This document shows, piece by piece, positions 28,131 to 42,227 of a stretch of 64,000 nucleotides of DNA (within the stretch, counting starts at the first letter, position 1; each line of letters opens with the position of its first letter). A model generated the notes under the pieces. That model made no database searches. It was not told the DNA's origin and was given only the letters and a program-made list of their open reading frames with translations. This DNA is from Eledone cirrhosa (lineage: Eukaryota): NCBI GenBank assembly GCA_964016885.1, contig OZ024743.1, positions 44,454,001 to 44,518,000 on the forward strand, in the 5' to 3' direction. Position numbers and translations under genes: made by a program.

Positions 28131-29338
28131 AACCTCATTTACATGAATAGGATTGACATGCGCAGCCGTGCTGGAATTAGTATAATGACTGATGGGTGTG
28201 AAATCAGTCGACTGGAATTTGCAGAGAAAACGTCACACTCCACTTTAAAGTCTATTTCCTCTTATGTTTTAGTTATTATTTCTATTTGAAGATAAATGTG
28301 ACGTTACATTTTCTTGCACTAGATGATTATTCATGTGCAATAATCAAATAAATAGATCTGGTGCATTAATTATTAGATGTATTCGATACTTATTGCATTC
28401 TATTTTTCCGTTATTGTTGTAAAAACAGAGTAATATACATTATCAGACAAACTGTCCAATAGTATCTATTCAATATTTACAAGGTTTTAGCCATCAGATA
28501 AATATTGACTGAGAAAGTGGTAAGAGTTGATATTCATATATTTCGTGATTGTATACCACGTGAAAATAATTTAGGAACAATATTGTTTTGTTTATGTTTC
28601 TAATAGAGGGGGGTGGGGCGTACAAACGAAAATCTTCAAAGCAATTCAAATGATTTTGAAAATGTATTTACCTACAGAAGTAATATTATATACTCATTTC
28701 ATAACCATTTACAGACTATTTACTTCTATTATCTCTTTCAGAGGAGGAAATATTAACATTTTAATAGGATTTTGTACCTGGAAACCGATGACTTTCTGTG
28801 AAGTCAGTTAAGAAGATTCTGTAAACTTAGCCTAGTTCATTTGTATCTGTCGTTTATTGATATAGAGAGTTAGATTTAAGGCTACACTAACACGTATGTC
28901 TGATATATTTCTACCTATTTCTATAGCTTCCATTTCAATCTTCTGGATACCTTTATATTTATTGGCACCTTCAGACATCATTTCAATGTTTAACCATTTG
29001 AACTTCTATTTCCAATAGATAATGCTTCTTCACATCATAGTAGCGGATCTATACTTACATGATTCACTGAAAGTTATTTCAACAATACTGTGTCATTGAA
29101 TAACTAATATCGAATTTATTAACTTGTCACATCTTTTTCTTTATTTCTCTAATTAACACTATGTTTTCCTATTCATTTTACAACCAATAGCTATATTTAA
29201 AGTTCTATTTACTATATCAGTTAAATCTATACATATTCTGAATAGAAATTATCACAATATACATTATGGGAAATATATGAAAAGCAAACAAAGATTTGTT
29301 TAAGATGTGTACCAGATTCAATGAGAAATAACATAAAT

Positions 29339-30110
29339 ATCAGGTCATCCTATAAGTACTGTTGTGTTTTGGTAGTAGGTTTCGAAATAATAAAACGCAT
29401 AAGTAACGCACCAATTGTATCAAGTATATATTCCCCACATAAATCAATAACATTATTTCAAGGCTGTACAACTATTTTTATACCATTCCAGTAATCAGAC
29501 GGTTTAGAGGAGTAAAACTGTTGGTATTAATATAATGTTGCAAAGCTTGGAATAAAGGATAATCTGAAGAAGCAAGATCCGGAGAATATTTGGAAGTGGA
29601 AGACTTTCCTAGCCAATTTCCTCAATCTTGGAACATGTAATTCTTTCACTATGAAGTCTGGCCTTTCATGATAACACTCGTTCGATTGCCCAGACAGCAC
29701 TTTTTTTTCACTTTCTCAGTCAATCGATCCAGTGGTTCACATTATACTTGAGCCATGGCTATCTCGTTTTGTAGCATGGTTTCAAAGTGGATTAAAGGCC
29801 TCATATCCCAACAGATGCTTAAGAAGTACTTCTGAAATAGACGATCTTGTTTTGGATTGGGTTTTGCGTATTTTCCTGATCGAATCTACTTCCGTCGGCG
29901 TTTAATATTTTTTTTAGTATATCCATATTTCATCACCAGTTACTAGAGTTAAACAACTGAGACCTACACTCTCGGAAATGAAGAACATTGAAAATGCTAA
30001 CGCGTTCTTCTCGATGACGTTTTGTACATTTTTATAGTATTCGTAGCACTGTTGCCTTCTTTGAACTCGTAAAATGTGAAGTCTTTCATTGATGATTTAC
30101 TTACTCAGCA
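29339..30110 (-). mobile_element. Degenerate mariner transposon remnant
   Basis: Minus strand encodes VTGDEIWI (about 29920-29944) and YSPDLASSDY (about 29559-29588), which are mariner catalytic motifs; possible TIR starting ta|tcaggtcatcc. Confidence 0.75.
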
Positions 30111-30119
30111 GTATTTATG

Positions 30120-32530
30120 CAGATGAAAATTTTCGAGAATTTGTTTAGGAAGCATTAAAGAAAACGCTGAGAAACCTTTGGGGGAAATGTTTAATGAAAT
30201 ATTTGTAAAATATTTAATATTATATATCTGATGAATAGTATGGGAACATTACACGTCTTCATTTTAAATTAGCTTTCAAATATAACCATTTACTTGATCT
30301 GTTACACTCTATCAGTAAATTAATTTCATTCTATTTTAGTTATTGTTTAAATAAGTGTTTGGGGTGATGATAGTGGAGATAATGATGGTGCAGGTTATGG
30401 TTGCGGTCGCGTTGAGGTAAGCGTATGTGAAAATATAATTTGTGAAAGTTAACAATGAAACATAAATTTTAGAAGCATACATCAAAGTTATGCAAAAGTC
30501 CTCATCTAAATTTTCAGATCTTTTCTTCGGGATTGTTTTCAAAGTTCTCGAACACCCTCACCGAATATTCTCTGAAACAATTGGTCAAAATTTTCAAATA
30601 TTTTGCAAACAATTTCCCGGAAAACTTTTCCTTAAAACTTTTTCAAATTATCTGAACATGTTTGCAATAAATTTCCTCAAACATTTTCCAAAACATTCCT
30701 TCAAAAATATTCCCAAAATGTTCCGGGCAACTTTCAAAAATTTCCTGAGAAATCTTTCCGAAATTTTACGCGATTCTTTCGAAAATTATCCCCACAATAT
30801 TCCAAAAGATTCCTCTAATAATTACTCAAAATTTTCTATGAATTGAAAAAATATTCTATCCAAATTTCTGACTTTATTAAGGGAGGATTAGTATTCAGAT
30901 TCTTCGTTTGGTACATAAACTTCCACCAACCACAGTGACCTAGCTTTCCGCCTATACTTTAAGTACTCCCTCGTCATGGGATCCAGTCCATACACATTCT
31001 GACAGCCGAGCTGTTGTGAGTATCCCATTCCCTCCTGCAGAGACATTACAGGGGGGTACACCTGAGTAGTGCAGTTTTCATCCTCCATCCAAATCCACGG
31101 AACTTTGTTGAAAGAACCCCGAAAAAAACCCTGGTAGCCTCTAGTTTCCTCCATTAGGTCCTGCTCCTTGCCCGTAAGGGCTGCAATGTCCCAGGTTCCA
31201 ATAGTTACGGTTTCTCCGCATCCTATCACACGCCTCCTTAAAGATATTCCTGAAAATTTTCAAAATGTCTTCATCATAGCTTTCTTAAAACCTTTTCTCA
31301 AAATTGTTTAAAATACTTGAAAATGTTTGGAAAACCTTTCCCAAATATTTCCTAAAAACATGCTTAAAATATTTCCTCTAAACCTTTCTTCAACATCATT
31401 CAAATATTTTCTTCAAAAATTTCTTTAATATTTTATCAAACTTTTTATATTTCTCTGAAAATGTTCCTCTATTTTAATAAAGAATGTCACAATTTTCACG
31501 AATTAAAGAATATGCGAAATATTTTTATAAAAATCTAAAGTATAATTTTGATCATGTTAAAAAACAAATAGGGTGAGGTATTTTTGAGGAAACATTTTGA
31601 GTTTTAGAAAACATTTTCAAGAAATCTTTGCAAAAATTTGAGGAAAATATTATATTTGGAAACTGTTTGGTAAGAGTTTTGAAACATTCTGAGAAAAAGT
31701 GGAAAATTATTTTGATGAAGTTTTTTTTTTTTAATTTTGAAAATGTTTGACAATTTGGATGAAATCATTTGAGAAAATTTTAATGAAAGCTATTTTCAAA
31801 AATTGTTCCTATTTTAATTTTTTTTATTCAAACGTACCCTTTAAAAAAAGGAAAAGTATAATACAAGTGATTTTGCGAAAGTGTATAACAGAACAAGTAG
31901 ATGGTTAGTTTTGAAATCTAATTTCAAGTGAAGCTGTGATAATTAGTGCTTGTTACAGATTTTACAAATTTCTCAACAATTTTCGCTTAAATCTTTCCAG
32001 AAGTTCCCTCAAAATTCTTAATAAAATTTTCTACAAAATTCCAGAAAACTTACCTCAATATTTTCTTTAAAATTTCCTCTAAATATTTCCGAAAATAGTT
32101 CCGCCAGAATCCACCTCAAAACCTTTTAATATTTTCCTCAATTCACGAAATATTCTTTCAAACATATTCCCCAATGTTCTCAAAAATATTTCTGAATTTT
32201 TCTTTTCAAAATTTTTACTCATATTTTGAACAAAATTTTCAGGATATGAAAAGTTTTGAAAAATCTTGAAAAACATTTAAATCAGATTTATTTATTTTAA
32301 AATAATTTCGGGGAATAACCTATAGGAAATATTTTGAATTTTAAAAAATAATTTGAAGAAGATTTTTGAAAATGTTTTGGGGGAAATTTTGAGATATATG
32401 TCAAAAACTTTGCATAAACGTTTTAGAGAAAGTTTGGAAAGAATTTGCAAAATTTTGCAAAGGATTTTGAGAAAACTTTTCAAAGGCTTTTTTAAAAGTC
32501 TGGGGAAAATATTTCGAGAATATTTTCATG
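30120..32530. repeat. Low-complexity A/T-run degenerate satellite with alternating C-rich and G-rich arms
   Basis: aaaattttc/gaaaatttt-type motifs; C-biased at 30500-31500 and 31960-32230, G-biased at 31560-31800 and 32240-32530. Confidence 0.65.
30888..31229 (-). pseudogene. AP-endonuclease N-terminal fragment of an RTE-type LINE
   Basis: IGTWDIAALTGKEQDLMEE ... LWLVEVYVPNEESEY resembles the GTWNV..LTGKE.EL and QVYAPN APE motifs. Confidence 0.7.
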
Positions 32531-32846
32531 GATGTTTTTTGTTGTTGTTTCTTTTGATTTTGTACATTTGTCATTGTGTTCTTCTTTCCCAGTGCCACCA
32601 CCACCCTCTTATTACACCTTCTCAATTAAATACCACTCCCGACCACAAGTCTTCCTTATTTATGCTACGTCGGTCATTGAAACTTTAGTTCTTGTTTGAT
32701 GACCCTGTGATAAACAGGTGAGACTCACTATTCAGCTTTTATAAAAGGAATATTAAAACTCTACTTCTGTAATGAGCACTCAATTCACTCAGTCGTCCAC
32801 CAAATATATATATATATATATACATGTATACATAATTGCATACATA

Positions 32847-33037
32847 TAATTGTTTCTACTATTGGCACAAGGCCAGCAATTACCCAGTACATTACTGGTA
32901 CTTTATTTTATCGACCCCGTAAGGATGAAAGGCAAAGTTAACCTCGGCGGGATTTGAACTCAGAATAGCAAGGGCCGTAATCTATGCGTCAAAGCATGGT
33001 GTCCAACCCTCTACCGACACTGCCAATTCACCGCCCT
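32847..33037 (-). mobile_element. tRNA-headed Meta-type SINE
   Basis: Full copy; TSD taattgcatacatata. Confidence 0.88.
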
Positions 33038-33054
33038 TAATTGCATACATATAA

Positions 33055-35345
33055 TGGTGATCCTTCTTCGTTGCAGAAGATTGCTGTCTCTCTGTTTCTC
33101 TCTGACATTGTAACCAACCCCAAACGTCTTTACATAACTTCTTAGTTGGAGTATATGTCTACCTGCAGATTTGCATGGTCTGCAGCAAATTAACAAATAA
33201 ATGTTGTGCCCTGTATTGGATTGATTATGTCAGTTTGTGGATGCCATACGCTAATATGCCTTTTAAGACCAGAAATTGATTTGCGTATTTTTTTGGCACA
33301 CTACGTAACTTGCCTCAACTAGTATTGGAGGGATAGTGCTGTATACAGGTGGTCTTTTATGTTATTTTAAATGGGTGATGTACCCAGATTTAGAGAGCAT
33401 TAGACGACCACACATTCCACATCGGCAGCTCCCTATTTTCTTGTTGATGTTCATACAGTGGCCTATTCAAAGCAGATCCATCAATCGCTTATGGTCGAGA
33501 CGTCTTTCGTCAAACATTCTGCAGCCTTCCTTCACATATCTTCTCTATACAACCCTCTTTAAAGCTTGAGTTGTGAACATGAATCTATAGGTCCCCAAGG
33601 TTTTTTTATCAGTCTCTATATCTTTTTCCTAGTTTGTGCCGGGGTTTATCATCCTTTTCACTTACAACATAGCCTGACCAACGCATATTAGAGGATATGG
33701 TGAGAGATTCAATGTTTCTGCATCTATAAGGATAAGTGTCAGGTATCTTTTGTTGGAACTTTATGTTCAAGAATCGTCTCAAACGCGTCGTTTAAGGTGT
33801 CATGCAACCTGAGGTGTCTATGATTTGCATACCTTTTGTCCATATTTCCGAGGGGTATAACAGAACATTCATTATGCAGGCTTTGCTCAAACTAATATTG
33901 GTCTTCTTATTGATTCCATGATCTGCCCACATTATCTTTTCGAGAGTTCCGACGGCTTCAGGGGCCTTCTGAATGATAGGTTTATTACCGCACGCAGCGA
34001 ACCATCCCTCAACAATACACTGCCCAGGTAAAGAAACGTGTCAACTACGTCCAACACAATTTCGTTCATCATTATATTTAGCTCTATCTATGATTTCCTT
34101 GGTGTTGCGGTGAATATTACGTTAGACTTTTCAGATTAAGTTTCATACCAATGGCATTACAAGAAGCTACAAAACAATACATGATACGTCACATGTTATC
34201 TTGAGTATGAGCAAGGACGTCAATGTCCTCCTCATACAGTAGTTCTAATTAATGGTTGGAACACCCTGCACTTGCAATTAAATCTTCAGGATTCTTCCTG
34301 TGATTGTACACCGTTCGCACAGCAATGGAATGAATAAATCAGCAATACAGAAAAGATGTTGAAAATAATGTTGTGGTTGTGGTATCTCCTTGTTTCACGC
34401 CATTGTCAACAGGGATTTCATTGGACAATTCTCCATTAAAGACACCAGGGGTCTTTATATCAGCTGGACAAACATATCAATAAATGTTGGTGGGCACCCT
34501 ACTTTCCCTAGTATTTTCCACCGTATCAAAGAAGATCGACAAACAATCGATACAGAGAAACCCACTTCTCAATAGCTTTCTCCTCTAGCTGCCGTGCAGA
34601 TAATATCATATCAATCGTCCCTCTGTAGATCTTTGTATTTCAGAGATGACTGTAGGACAAATATCTTCCATCAACAATAATCTCGCAAAAACTTTGCCCA
34701 CAAATTTCAAGAGATTCATGCCACAGTAGTGATCGCAAATGCCTTGAACAAAGCCACCAAGATACTATCGATCCAATCCTCTGGTACTGATGAGATGGAA
34801 TATTGCTTGTTTAAGAGTTCTCATTACCAACCTTTAACAGTTCCATAGGGAGGTCGATCTAATCCAGATGCTTTACCAGTGTTAATCTGGTTGATAGCCA
34901 CTTTTCCTTCATAATAAACCCGTAAACGATCCATTCTGGAATTCAGAACACATTGAAGAATGCTATCTATTACATCATTATCAACTGACGATGGATTATC
35001 AATCAGTGAAGTGCTCTTGCCAACGCTTCAGGACTTCCGGTGATTCTTTAATGATGGCAGTGTTGTCTTTGGAACTCATAGGAAAAATAGACGATGGTGT
35101 TGGGCCATATCCTTCATGCAAAAGAACATAGAACAGTTTTTAATCCTTTGCGTTATCACGTTATCAGCGCTTTGAATGTCTGCACAGACCCTCAACCAGT
35201 CGAAGGTTTTATATCAGAATGACCTTCTCCTAGAGTTTTAACGATGACTAGGAGTTTCTCGCTTCACAAAACAAAACAACTTTATTGGATAGCCGTTGAC
35301 TCTCCTGAGTTCCTTCACCGTTTGACAGGTTTTGTTTTTCATCTT
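33055..35345 (-). mobile_element. Old degenerate RTE LINE, apparently internally deleted
   Basis: Residual similarity to 44974-46730 (VPEDWI, DMILSARQL, DTFLYLGS-like stretches); 35290-35345 matches the 5' module of the bipartite elements. Confidence 0.7.
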
Positions 35346-36050
35346 TCTATGTTTTGGGGATTCATGTCGCCAAACTATCTACAAGAATAGTTCTCTGTGG
35401 GCATATTTTAGTGTCAACGACAACCGAATTCTCAGAATCTGTTTCCTTCTGTCCAGGAGTCAGTCTAATTCAGTTTGTTTTAGGGCCCAAAACAATCTAG
35501 TTGGCAAGAGATACTAACTCCGAACCCTTGTGTTTGCACTTTCAGCTAGAGAGTCGCGACAGTCATACTCACGTTCGATTCTACCAAAGGTTAGTTCCAT
35601 ATCAACTTTTCGGACTACTACAGCACTAAGTCAAAGATAATCACACAAACATAGCTCACAATTACATTTTGACTCTGTTGTTTTCATATAGTTTCAAAAT
35701 AACTTCAACATAAGTTATTCCGCCATAGCAGTGTTTCTTATTGTTCATGCTGGCAGCTTCACTTTCAAAATTCAACTTTCAGCTACTGGCTATGAAAGGC
35801 CACAGATCTCGACACACAGAGAGACAAACACAATTCATTTGCTATAAATTTAAGAACATTCACACAGCGCTTATATGGGAGAGAGCAACTCAAGAAAACA
35901 CACATGAATCTAACAACTACTAATATAAATTCTACCACACTACAATGAACAATTTCACGTTTTACACACGCTTTCATCTAGTCACCATACGAACGAAATC
36001 ACTAATACGAACTACATTTGGTGACATCAAGCAACCTTCTTCACCCCCGC

Positions 36051-36127
<77 letters not shown>

Positions 36128-36829
36128 GCATACCTATGTGTGTGTTCGCATGAGCATGTAAGAATATATTCGTATGTGTGTGTAACCATTATTGTATGTG
36201 CATATATGTAAATATCTGTGTTTCTATGTGTGTGTATGTATGGACATGTGAAAATGTATGTGGACACCATTGTTTGTAAGGACCTAAATATATGTATATG
36301 TATTTATCTATTTCTATACACACATCTTCTTGGAAAATACAAACTTCTTACATACATAAATACGTACACACACACACACACACACACGCACACATATATA
36401 TATATATATTATGGAATACTGTTGGCTTTTTGCTACAATATTTTCTATACCTTTCATTTATATATATATTATATATATATACACACACACACACACATAT
36501 ATAGACCTCGGCCTTGATAAGTATACCCAGCCATATTACCCTAGAGAACCGAGATTCACTCTTAAGGATCATAAGGTAGACTTCATTAGTAACCCCTCTG
36601 TTAGACTCATCTGCCCTTCTAAGTCCGATATAGCCATAATCAGTAAAAAAATCTTGACCTTATTATACCAGATTTTAGGGATAAAGTTAATTTTAACCTA
36701 TGGGGGAACACTAAGGAAGTTATATATTGGTTCTCTGGGATTAATAAACTTGAATCTAATAAGTTTATCCAGTTCGATATTGATTCCTACTACACATCGA
36801 TTTCACCCATCCTCCTCAATAAAGCCTTA

Positions 36830-37537
36830 ATGTTGGCCATGAGAGTGTCCAGCCTTACACGATCACAGGTAGATATTATACTAGCAGCCCGTAGAACTAT
36901 CATTAATTTTGAGGACACATTTTGGACCCGTAAAAACACGCCCAACAATTTCGACGTTACAATGGGTTCGAGTGATTCGGCCCAGGTAACAGATCTTGTT
37001 GGGTTGTTCCTCCTAAATGAACTATATGTTACCTTTCCGCACCTTAAAGGCGGACTATATCGTGATGATGCATTGTTTGTGATTAACTCTAGCACCAACA
37101 ATGTCGAGCATAATAAGAAGAAGCTTTATAAGTTTTTTAAAAGCTATAACCTTTCGATCACGATAGATAGAAACGATAGAGCGGTCAACTTTTTAGATGT
37201 GACTTTGGACTTGGTCACTAATAGTTTTAAACCCTTCCATAAGCCTAATGAAATACTTTCTTATGTTAGTCCCAATTCTAACCACCCCAAATCTATGATA
37301 AGCTCTATAATTAAGGGTGTATCTAATAGGATGTCCACACTCTCTAAGGACGTAGGAACATTTAATGAACATGCGGAGTACTATAATAATGCCCTAGCTA
37401 ATTCCGGTTACTCTAGTAAAATACATTATAATAATAGTAACCTTAGAAAGTCTCCGCTTACTTATAATAATAATAACATAATATCCCATAACATAGCCAT
37501 GAATGGGAGTAGGAAGCATAATAATCGTAGTAATTAG
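36830..37537 (+). pseudogene. PLE reverse transcriptase (core and thumb)
   Basis: MGS and YRDD motifs; upstream part frameshifted; the same frame continues after the TAG at 37535. Confidence 0.9.
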
Positions 37538-38226
37538 ATAGGTGTATCTGAACCCATCCATAAGTTAACCCACCTGACTCGTAATAGGGAATATAATACC
37601 TCTAGGAATCAAGTCGAACCCTCTGAGCGCTCACTCATTGGTGATGCTTTTGCTAGATCTAATTCTAATAATGTTGTTTCTACTGATCCTATTATTGGCC
37701 CTAATCCTTTTGATAGGATTCCAGACGGCAGCAGATCTACTAGAGGTAGAAACAGAAAGAGACTTAATGGAATTTCGGCTGATTCTAATAATGCGGTTTT
37801 AACTAATCCTTGTAGTAACCCTAGTCTTGATAATGGGATATTGGATAATGGTAGAGTCGGAAAGGATAAAAATAGAAGGAGACTAAATACTTATTTTAAC
37901 CCGCCATATAATCAGGAAGTATTAACTAATATCCCTAGGTCTTTCTTTTCTATCTTAGAGAAAAATTTCCCCCTTCTCATAAATACCATAGTATTTTTAA
38001 TAAAAACGTTATTAAACTTTCATTCTCTACCACCCCTAATATTAGTTCTCATTTAGCTAGCACTAACAATAGGAAAATTAGGGATGGATACTCCTCTCTA
38101 CATACTACTAGTCTGAACAGATCTACAAACGCCTTACCAGCAGAGCAGACCTTATCTAATAGTAATCCTACGTGTAATGCATCACTACTTCAGCCAATCA
38201 ATACCACCCGGAAGTGTAACTGTAGA

Positions 38227-38667
38227 GTGAGTGCTAACTGCCCTTTAAACGGTAACTGCCTCTCTAAGAACATCGTTTATGCTTGCGTAGTTATAACTAA
38301 TTCCTCTAATAGAACTTATATAGGCTCTACATCTAACACTTTTAAGACCAGGTTTAATTCTCATATCTCTAATTTCAAACATGTTATGTTTAAGAATTCT
38401 ACTTCTTTAGCACACTATATTTGGGATCTTAAGGGGGCTAATATACCATATAGCCTTAATTGGCGTTTAGTAACACGCTCTAATAACCTTTCTACCCATA
38501 CTAAATTTTGTAATCTCTGTATCCTCGAGACACACTCTATAATTTTCTCTAGTGAATCCTTACTTAATAGAAAGTCTGAGATATTCTCTTCTTGTCCCCA
38601 CGCTATTTCTAATTCTTACTTTTATTATAAACCTAAAGGTTCTAGTAGTGTAAATTGTATCCATTAG
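38227..38667 (+). pseudogene. PLE GIY-YIG endonuclease domain
   Basis: NIVYAC..TYIGST..FKTRFNSH..CNLC..E..LN.KSE..CPH. Confidence 0.9.
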
Positions 38668-40340
38668 CTGATATATTCCATTACTTACTTTTTTAGTTTA
38701 GGTTCTTTTTGTTTACCATCATTATTATCATTGGTTTTTGACAACTTTTTATTCTAGCTCTCATAATCTTTTGGCTACTATACCATATCTATCTTCTTAC
38801 ACATTAAATTTTCACTATTAACACCTTATGAGTATATATCTGATTATATATTTTATATTATTTTATTTCATTTTATTTTATTTTATTTGGATTCTTCTTT
38901 GGATAACCCCCCACTCCCCCCCCATGCACACATAAACTTATTGCTAACCCCTTCAAATATATTATGATTATATTTAATCCACCCTTTTTTATGCTCCTTT
39001 CTATTATATAATACAGTCTATTGATTATGATTTTATGCTCCTTTGTATCCCTCATACATTTCTTTTTTTCTGTCCCTATTAGCCTACCATAATTCTGCTT
39101 AAGTCAGTTTTTTAGATATCGTTATGTAAATGATAGTAGAATATTTCATTCCTTTCTATATATATTTATAGTGAAATATTAATGTTTACGGATTTTGATC
39201 ACTTAAACCATAGCTAATATTGTATTGCCTTATTAGGTATTTTAAATATTTTCAATATTAATTTATCAAATAGGGTTTTCTAGTCATTTATCCGGGTTGT
39301 TTACTAAGTTTTTACTTAACTGCATGTGAGACCTAAGTAAATACTTTTGTTTTTGTTTTTTGATTTCCGGTCGATTTTATTTATTTATTTATTAATACTA
39401 CTGTGCATAGTATTTTCTGCCTGGCCCTTATTCACTCATTCACATATGTGTCTGTTTACCAACCTTGTAATTATAATTAATTATATATTATATTATGTTC
39501 ATTATTTTATATTGAAGTTGTTATTCAACTCTTTGTAAATGTAATATTGATCTTTGTTACTTACCGATGATTTTATGTACCATTATGATATGTTAAATTT
39601 TATATATCATGTAAGATGTTTATATATTTTTGTACCATCATAATTTTGGGTATTGTACAATTTATATTTTTTTTCTCACCTGCTCTCTAACTCTATATGA
39701 ATTGATTTGTTAACTTACATGCCATTATATATTATATATTATTATATTATTATTATAGTGTTATTGTGACATCTATATTGTTTGTGTAAATTAACCGGAG
39801 ATTATCTATTATATTATATTATATATTATATAATTATATAGTTTATTATATATTATATGTGTTACTTTTAATCATTTCATTACTTCATGTTATACTGTAT
39901 ATTAGATATACGTATTATTTTTATTTTTATTCCTATTATGCTTATTTATATTTAAACTCTTAATAAGGTTTAATTTGTGCTGTTAATGATGGAAATGTGT
40001 ATTGATGTATATGTATATGTGCGTACATGTGCGTATATATATACATATGTATATTGTGCATTTTAATTTTAATTTTAATATTGTTACAAGTATATTATAT
40101 TATATTATATTGTATTACATATAGTACTATAATTCCCGCTCTATATAACCACCTTTGTTTAGCTCTAGTTTTTTGCTTTGGACTATATTTGTAAAATGGT
40201 TCAAAATGTTATCCACCTCCTTAGTGATTTTTATTATATATTTTTACCACCAATCTTCCAATACTTTAGTGTATGTACACTCCATATTGTTCGGAGTTTT
40301 CGGCTTGTATTGGCCGATAGTGCTTCTTGTGGTTTTGATT

Positions 40341-40378
40341 GCCCTGATGAGTCCTTAATAGGACGAAACATTGTTGGC
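40341..40378 (+). ncRNA. Minimal type I hammerhead ribozyme of the PLE pLTR
   Basis: gcc-CTGATGA-gtcc ttaata ggac-GAAA-cattg-TT-ggc, then AATAAA at 40380. Confidence 0.8.
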
Positions 40379-40525
40379 TAATAAAGACTTTTGATGTATT
40401 GAAGGCTTTTTTGTTTTATTTTCATAATTCTTCGGCTCTGTTTAATTACATTGAGCTATACCTTTTACTGTCATTTCTATAATACGAAGAGGGTGTTTAA
40501 CTCCAACACGCTCCAGTATTTTAAT

Positions 40526-40910
<385 letters not shown>

Positions 40911-41279
40911 CTAAGTAAAATGTATGTGTGTATGTATATAAATACATATATATATATTTATAAGTATAGTAACTGCCGGCGATAACTTATAGAAGATTGG
41001 GACTTTAGATGCTCTCATTCCATGAAGACACTTCAACAGGGTGAATATAGGAAATAATAATAACAATAATAAGAGTGCATTTGTATTACGAAGCCATGTG
41101 TGACATGATTGTTTCGCCTGAGGGACACAAACATACAAATACGAAAGATGTCTTGTACTTAACAACGACTTCAACTTCTTTCAATTCCACCAACTCTAGA
41201 GGATCTAGTAATTGCATCATCCTTTTAAGCGCACTCAAAAAAGTTCTAGAAATGTTCCTTCTTGATGGTGCCAGCATGC

Positions 41280-41790
41280 TCACACACACATACACACACA
41301 AATACGTACCCATACACACACACATACACATACGTACACATTCACACAGAGACGCATACGTACACATACACACACTCACATACGTACACATACACACACA
41401 AACGCATACGTACACATACACACACGCACACATACGTACACACACACATACGTACACACACATACGTACAAATACACACACGGACGCATACAAACACAGA
41501 CACGCACACATACATACCCACACATACACATACACACATATATAGATAGGCATACACACACGCATACCGCACATACACACATACACATCCACACACATAC
41601 ATACACACACACACATACGCACATACATACACGCATACACACATACACAAACACATACACACGTACACACACATACACACACACATATATACACATCACA
41701 CATATACGTACACACATACACACACAAACACATACACACACATAGTCATACAAACACACAAACACATACATACATAAAAACACACGCGCA
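41280..41790. repeat. Degenerate (CA)/(CATA)-rich microsatellite
   Basis: Seen directly; source of many spurious ORFs. Confidence 0.95.
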
Positions 41791-42037
41791 TCTTGGTTCC
41801 ATTTGTAGTTTGTGTTCATCTCGCAACATAGATTCATAACATTTTACTCCTCTGTACACACACTTGTGATTTAAGCACACTTTTAAAAGTTCTAGAAAAA
41901 CTCCTTCTCGGCAGCTGCAACACATACTCACACGCATATACATATTCTGGATAATTTTATTTTTTCATGTTTGTTTTCGGTTGGTTTGTTATTTTTCATA
42001 ATACTGTATCCCTCTCTGTTACTCTGCCTTGCATAAA

Positions 42038-42227
42038 TAATTGTTTCTACTTTTGGCACAAGGCCAACAATTAAGCAGTGCATTACTGATACTTTATTTT
42101 ATCTACACGGTAAGGATGAAAGGCAAAGTTAACCTCGGCCGGATTTGAACTCAGAATGGAAAGGGCCGTAACTCTATGCGTCATAGCATTGCGTCCGACC
42201 CTCTACTGATACTGCCAATCCACCACC
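42038..42227 (-). mobile_element. tRNA-headed Meta-type SINE
   Basis: Full copy. Confidence 0.85.

Larger units (their letters stand above)
36504..40528 (+). mobile_element. Penelope-like element (Neptune-like), 5'-truncated, with a few disablements, long AT-rich 3' UTR, terminal HHR, ending in (TA)n
   Basis: TLKDHK..RLICPSKS, FDVTMGSSDSAQV, GLYRDD, FLDVTLDL, SNHPKS, FNPPY, CNCR..CPLNGNCL, IVY..YIGST..FKTRFNSH, CNLCILE, CPH. Confidence 0.93.

Noticed and set aside
37535-37537. In-frame stop in the PLE ORF as programmed readthrough or selenocysteine
   Set aside because: It is TAG, not TGA, and the copy has other frameshifts, so decay is the simpler explanation.
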